Origin: Klebsormidium nitens
Lineage: Eukaryota; Plantae; Klebsormidiophyceae
NCBI GenBank assembly: GCA_000708835.1
Contig: DF236955.1
Coordinates: forward strand, 248,001-312,000
Direction of reading: 5' to 3'
Length of the DNA stretch: 64,000 nt
Shown: positions 58,144-64,000 of the stretch, in pieces
Numbering within the stretch: position 1 is the first letter of the stretch
Layout: each line of letters opens with the position of its first letter
Program-made: the position numbers and the translations under genes
The notes under the pieces: model-generated
Told to the model about the DNA's origin: nothing
What the model saw: the letters and a program-made list of their open reading frames with translations, nothing else
Databases searched by the model: none

Positions 58144-61100
58144 ATGGAGCGCTGGGGGGCACAATCGTCTCTTCTGGACGTCTTTAGCGCAGCCCCAGAG
58201 ACCCCCACCTGTCTAATTACAGACAGAGAGCCTTTCTCTTCCGGCGAGGTGCAAGCAGCGGCTGCCACACTCTCGGCAGACCTGAGCAAGAATTTGCTGA
58301 GTCACGATATCACCCCGCAAGGCCTGGGCAATTCTGAACAAAAAGCCAGCAGGGGCGATGATGAGGGGCAATCAGAAGGCCAGCATTCACTCGAGCACCA
58401 GGATTCAGTGTCCAATGATAGAAGGGCATCACAAGGCCACGTGGCACTATTTCTAGAGAGGAGCCCAGCTTACATAGTGTCTCTGCTGGCGGTGTCGGCG
58501 ACTGGCGCAGCTTTCGTGCCAATTGATCCCAGCTGGCCGCCAGGCAAGGTCCAGCTCATTCTGTCGGACTGCACACCGCAGCTCATTCTCACGACGCCCG
58601 CTTTGCTGCCGCATTTGCAAGAGGCCTGTTCTGCTGCGGCAGAGGGAATTGGATGCAATGATTGCTTAGTAAGCAATAAGCGCACCTTTAGCGGAAAGTT
58701 TACACCAGGAAACAGCTACACCACTACATCATCGACCGTTTTAGGGCAACCCTTCCTCATACTGTCCTTCCAACCTGGCAAGGATCATGTCAGCCAGCCT
58801 TCTGTCGAAGAAACGAATGCCTCCCTTTTGCACCACTCCTTCAGGCCTGCAGAAGCACCTGACTCTCTAAACCCGCCTCCGCCCCTTCTCCCCCCTTTCC
58901 CCTATGCCTATGTCCTGTACACCTCTGGTAGCACCGGCCAGCCAAAAGGGGTTTGTGGGACCCTGGGCGGTTTGCTTAACCGCCTCTGCTGGATGGCAGA
59001 AGCGCAGCCTTACCAGCTGGATGATGTGTGCTGCTTCAAGACGGGGGTCGGGTTCATTGACCACCTCACAGAGCTGCTGGGGCCGATGCTTGCGGGAGTG
59101 CCGGTGGTAATCCCATCAGCGGTAGTACTGCGAGAGAGTCCCCTCTCCCTGGTGGATTGCATCCAAGTGAGTTGAGCACTTCCTATGCAAGACCTCAATC
59201 ACGTTAAAGCAGCTAGATGCTTTGCTGTACCGGGTAGCCTTCTTCATGTCCTTTCTTCATAAAAGCATGGTGTGCAGTCTCAGTAAATGACAATCTCTCA
59301 GCCTTATCTTGGAAGCGCACAGTCTACCGGTTGACAGAAGGATATGCTGGGCCACACATGATTATGCCAGTCATTACATGTCAGGTCTTGAAGTGCAGGT
59401 AAACTGAAGCCCGCCAGGCAAAGTCAGCCACCTCCTTTCCTGTCATTGTTGAGCGATCCCTCTCCCCCACTGCAGGAGCGTTGCATCACGCGCCTTGTGG
59501 CCGTGCCGTCTTTTCTACGGATGCTGCTGTCCTCTTTCGACCCGCACTTGCTTTCAGAACAGTTGTCCTTGCTGCGGCTAGTAGTTTCTAGTGGCGAGGC
59601 CCTCTCCTGGGATCTGGCACGGAGGCTCCAGAAGGCCCTGCCGCATGCGACGATCCTGAACCTTTATGGAAGCACGGAGGTGAGTAGCAGGCGGAGAGTA
59701 TTTCACTTGTTCTTTGAGGATGTAAGGGCTACGTTCGTTGATTGCCTGGTCCTGAGGAACGGAGGTGGTTCACATGGGGGACTGTCTTCACATGGGGGAC
59801 TGTCTGCAAGGACTCCAGCCCAGGTTCCTGGGCTTTGCAAGAACCCACATATTGATGCGGCTACTGCTATGGGCACTCCTGAGAGATAAAACAGACTGCC
59901 AGAAATCGACATGGAATTGCTGCCTCCTGAGTGCAACAACAAAAAGTGCACGCAATGATTTGAGCTACATTTGTTCTCATCGGCCTGTGACACAACTTGA
60001 GCGGGCGCATGCCTCTTTGGGTCCCGGCTGAACTCTGATCTGATTACAAGTCTGTGCGCTTTGCGTAGGTGACAGGGGACGTGCTGAGCTTCAATGTCAC
60101 ACAACAGCTGCTCAAAGCGGACCTGGTGACGTCATCATGCACCGTCCCAATCGGACAGCCCATACTTAACCACCGGGCAATGCTCATCAAGGACAATGAG
60201 GAGGAAGTCACAGTAGATGAGGAGGTGAGGCGCAGCAAACTGTGCCTTTGTCTTGTCACTTCGATTCTTTTGAAGATTCAACAAAGATCGCTGAATCGAG
60301 AAAAGTTCCTTGGTTCAAAGCGCACCTGTTGTGTCCGACTTGTTGCTCGTCGAGTTGCCAGGCCCAGCGATTCGCTTGGCTCGTGCTTGCGCCATCAAGC
60401 CCCGTCGCAGGGTCCAGCAATCAACACAATGCTTTTCAGACACACTGTGAAGTACGACATTTATGAAAAGATCGTATTCGCTCCAAGCAAACGTTCTTCG
60501 TGTCTTAATTCAGGTGGGCGAGCTCTGCGTTTCTGGTCCCGGTCTGTGCTCTGGTTATCTACACAGCCAGGAGGCGAGTCGCGACGCTTTCTTCCTCTGC
60601 AAACGCAACGGAACTGCAGAAAGCACAGCCGATGGACCGGAGGCAGAGCGTTTTTACCGGACGGGGGACCTGGCAACACGGCTGCTGGACGGGAACTACG
60701 CGTGGGTGGGGCGCAGAGATCGGCAGGTAAGCAGACGGACCGCTTCGGGAACTCAGGAGACTCGCTTCAAAACGGCTCTATTCCAGAAAAAGCGCTTCCC
60801 GTGACGTAATACTCTGTGGGGTAACACTCTTACGACGGCTCGAACCTTCCCTGCACGTGCTTTTGCAAGGAAGATTTTGCTTATGCAAAGGCTCTTAGCC
60901 CATCCTAAGGCCGCCGACAGGATATCGTCATCTCTCTGTAAGACGAACTTTTTTACCCAGCTATCCAGAGCAACAAGGGCTGAGCGGCGGCGTTTCATCT
61001 CTATCTTTCCCAAGCTATCTGTCATCTTCTCCAGTTCAAGGTTCGCGGTCACCGGGTGCAACTAGAGGAGGTCGAAGCGGCGCTCCGCAACTGTCCGCTG

Positions 61101-64000
61101 GTGCAGTCCGCCGCTGTCAAGGCCTGGCCGTTGCCCAGCCAAGAGCTCGGCTTGGCCGCTTACGTCACCCTCACGTCAAAGCCTCCTCAAAGCCAGGTCG
61201 GGTCCAGGGAAATCCAGGAACAGTCGTTTCAGCTAGTTTCGGAGCCACCAGTAGACTTACCGCTCTCGATGGCTCCGCCAGCAGATGCGTCGGGCACACC
61301 TGAAGTGCCACGTAGCGGACCTACGGAAGGGCTCGTGCTTCACAGACCAGCGGACCCACTGGCGGAAAGAGAGCAGCAAACGGTGGTGAGCATCTTGAGG
61401 GAGCACTTGCGCGGCCGTCTGCTACCGGCAGCCGTTCCGGCATTAGTCGAGGTCGTGCCCGCCATCCCCCTGACGGCTTCCGGAAAAGTGGACTACGCCG
61501 CCCTGCTGCCGCCCGCTTCGTTTCAGAGCCCGCTTCCTTTACCCCTCCCCCAAGGCGAAAGTGACAGTATGCACGAGGGGTTTGCTGGAACCCGGGAGGA
61601 ATCTCCGGGCGTTACTGATTGCTTGACTCTTTCGCCAAGTAATGAGCTCTCAAATCCGAGAGTTAACGCCGGCGCAAAAGGATTGCGGTTGGAAGGTTTG
61701 GCGGACGGAGCAGGACAGCTGTCGCAAAGAGTGCGGGCCGCAGTGCTGGGAGCCTTCCGGAAGGCGCTGGGGGTGCGCCAAGTGGCGGCTGATGCGGACT
61801 TTTTCGCGGCCGGGGGGAGCTCGGTGACCGCGGCAGAGGTGGCACACAGCCTGAGGGTCGACATGCGGTGGGTGTATTCACACCCTACGCCCGAGAGCCT
61901 GGCAGAGGCCTTGCTCAAGAGCGGCGTGAATAGCCGGCAGACCGGAGAGCCGGAAGAGTGGCAAGCGGAAACATTGCAATCTCAAGAGCGGGGGAGAATA
62001 GAGGGGTCGAGATTGATGGGGAGCGCAGAACGAGAAAGAGAAGACGAGGCCACCGCGCCTGGACGGGAACTCCCGGGGGATGGGAAAGCCGCTCTTGATG
62101 ACGTCACTTTTTGGGACTCTGACGAAGAGAGCGGTCAGCCAGAGGAGCCGGTTCGGGAGAGGATGGCTGGTTTTAAATCAGACGCCGGCGCCGCGAAAGG
62201 GGCTGCAGAGGCAGGCACGCTAGCGCTTGACGACTCGGAGGCTGACTCCGCGTCAGTCGCACTCCGGTCGGTGCCCAAGTTTTGGGAAGATGTAATCGAA
62301 GCGAGGGGACCGTTCTCGCTAACCAGGTGTAACCGCGTCGAGATGCTCTTGGGTCCGCGGTTGGGCAGTGAAGGCACCGCTCGAGAGAAGCGGACAGCAG
62401 CGGCAAACGGAACGAGTGAACGGACGGAAGATACGCGGCAGGCGCGTCCCGTCGTCCAAGAGCACTCCCTGTCCCCAGGGGGATCCTCCAGAAGTTTCAA
62501 GCTGCACGTCGCCTGGCGAACGAAGCTGGGGCTGTGCGTCGATGCGTCCCCGCTCCTTCTAGTTGCCCCGGGAAAGGCGCCCCGGCTGTTCATCGGCTCA
62601 CATGCGCACAACTTCAAGTGCCTGGATGCGGCAACCGGGGTTACGGTCTGGGAACGAGAGGTCGGGGGGCGGGTGGAAGCGACGGCGGGCTCGACTAGGG
62701 ACGGCGAGAAGCTTGTGGTCGGCTGCTACGACGGGAAGATCTACGTAATGAATGCGAGCGACGGGAGCATCGACTGGACGTTCCAAACTGGCGGAGAGGT
62801 GAGGGAGTCGAAGTGTTTGCAAAGCTTTTCTGCTCCCGGAGTTGCCAGTTGTTCCGCGCTAGACAGATCTCAGTCGCTAGAAATTCTGCTGAGATCATAG
62901 GTGTGAAATATTCCTGCCCGGAACCGCCGTGTCAGTGTGACAGATTTGCTCACTTCTTTTGATAGCGTCAGAAACTCCGCCGGCTTGCATAACATTGCAC
63001 AACTGGTATTCGCTGGCATGACCCAAAGTCTGATTTGGGTCCAGCGAAGACGTGCGGCATAGTAACGTCACAGGCCGCAGTATAGTCTTCCTTTCGTTTC
63101 TGTTCTCTTTGGTCCATTTGCTCTTCAAACAGTCAGCCATACTGCATTTCTATATCGTCCCATTGACCGCATTCCAGAGCCGGACTGATTTAGCCTCTTC
63201 AGCTGCACTCTCCTTCCCTCTCACTCGCAAAATCCTCTTCAGTATTTGCGCGAAGGTTCAAATTGTGTAGGCCCTTTCATTCATCCCCAGGTGAAGTGCC
63301 AGGCGGTGACCGACCCCTGGGCTGGCTTCGTGTGGTGCGGCTCGCACGACCACCAGATGTACGTCCTCGATCTCGCGGCCAAGACTGCCGTTTTCCGGCA
63401 CGACTGCGGGGGTTCCGTCTACGGCGCGGCGGCGTTTGACGCGGGCCGTGGCAGGGCGTATGTGGTCACTACACGGGGAGTCGTGACTGCCTTCGACGGC
63501 CGAAACTTTCAGGTCAGTTCTTAGGAGCCGTTTCTGTGCAGTTTGCCATCCTTCCTGTGTGCCTTGAAGTAGCCTAATCGACTTCGACGGACGGAGCTTC
63601 CAGGTTAGGAGTTTTGAACTGTCTGTGAGCAGCCTCTCTGTGTGCGTTTTAGAAAGCAGGTTTTTCAAGCTTGAGGGTTTTAGGCATGCCCTCGTAGCAA
63701 GCGCTTGTTTTGGGTCTTCATGTCAGGATACTTTGAAGAGTGAGGTCGTGTATAAGCTACTTTCCATACTCCCAGATCTGGGCGGAGTCTGCCCTTGCAA
63801 CGGGATGCGAATCTTGGTCCTAAGGCACGTGCATTTCGTTCTAATGCTGTTGCCGGAAAGACGTCCAAGTTCGCCGTGCGACTGAAAGACTGCGGACGGG
63901 GACCCCTCATGATTGCACCAAGTAAAGTAGCCCGCCTGGTCAACATACGCCACGTGATCATTCTCGCGGCGACTGTTGTTCAGGTCTTTACGCAACAAAG
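58144..64000 (+). CDS. AAE19: NRPS-like acyl-activating enzyme 19 / AASDH homologue (adenylation, carrier-protein and PQQ-type propeller domains); 3' end beyond the window
   Basis: A-domain motifs YVLYTSGSTGQPKGV, LNLYGSTEV, GELCVSG, FYRTGDL, GRRDRQFKVRGHRV and IPLTASGKVD. Carrier motif DFFAAGGSS. Propeller repeats CVDASPLL, VVGCYDGKIY and VWCGSHD. Exons ~58144-59166, 59476-59679, 60069-60224, 60514-60726, 61035-62798, 63291-63512. Start Met tentative. Confidence 0.93.
59769..59804. repeat. Perfect 18-bp tandem duplication in an AAE19 intron
   Basis: TTCACATGGGGGACTGTC x2. Confidence 0.9.
63582..63605 (+). repeat. Intronic degenerate copy of the preceding exon end and splice donor
   Basis: CTTCGACGGACGGAGCTTCCAGGT matches 63491-63514 at 20/24 nt. 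Confidence 0.6.

Noticed and set aside
63680-63998. Minus-strand ORFs at the right edge
   Set aside because: They lie within the unfinished plus-strand AAE19 gene and show no motifs.
1-64000. tRNA, rRNA, intronic snoRNA (e.g. in CCT1 introns) or CRISPR arrays
   Set aside because: No cloverleaf, rRNA-like tract, convincing box C/D pair or regularly spaced repeats seen by eye. Small RNAs could be missed without tRNAscan/Infernal.

Overview
Eukaryotic, intron-rich (GT-AG) nuclear DNA. Plant-type gene sequences and gene spacing point to a streptophyte green alga, Klebsormidium-like (inference). Eleven host genes were reconstructed by hand from splice sites and reading phase: strawberry-notch helicase (partial, -), proteasome activator PA200 (-), a plant-conserved uncharacterised membrane protein (+), a DUF2828/vWA protein with an apparent frameshift (-), an intronless F-box/kelch-like gene (+), a GT31/Fringe-like glycosyltransferase (-), CCT1/TCP1-alpha (-), a multi-exon gene joining glycine-rich hydrophobic helices to an HNH-like domain that resembles bacterial Rhs-toxin tips (+), an orphan coiled-coil gene (+), MsrA (-) and NRPS-like AAE19/AASDH (partial, +). 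Mobile DNA: a 5'-truncated RTEX-like LINE with an 8-bp TSD, a short antisense remnant sharing its 3' stem-loop, a 215-bp hAT-type MITE with perfect TIR and TSD, and a possible decayed DIRS-like RT. No rRNA, tRNA or CRISPR was seen. The best candidate for undescribed biology is the toxin-like HNH gene at 48-50 kb. Family assignments come from recalled motifs; no database searches were run.
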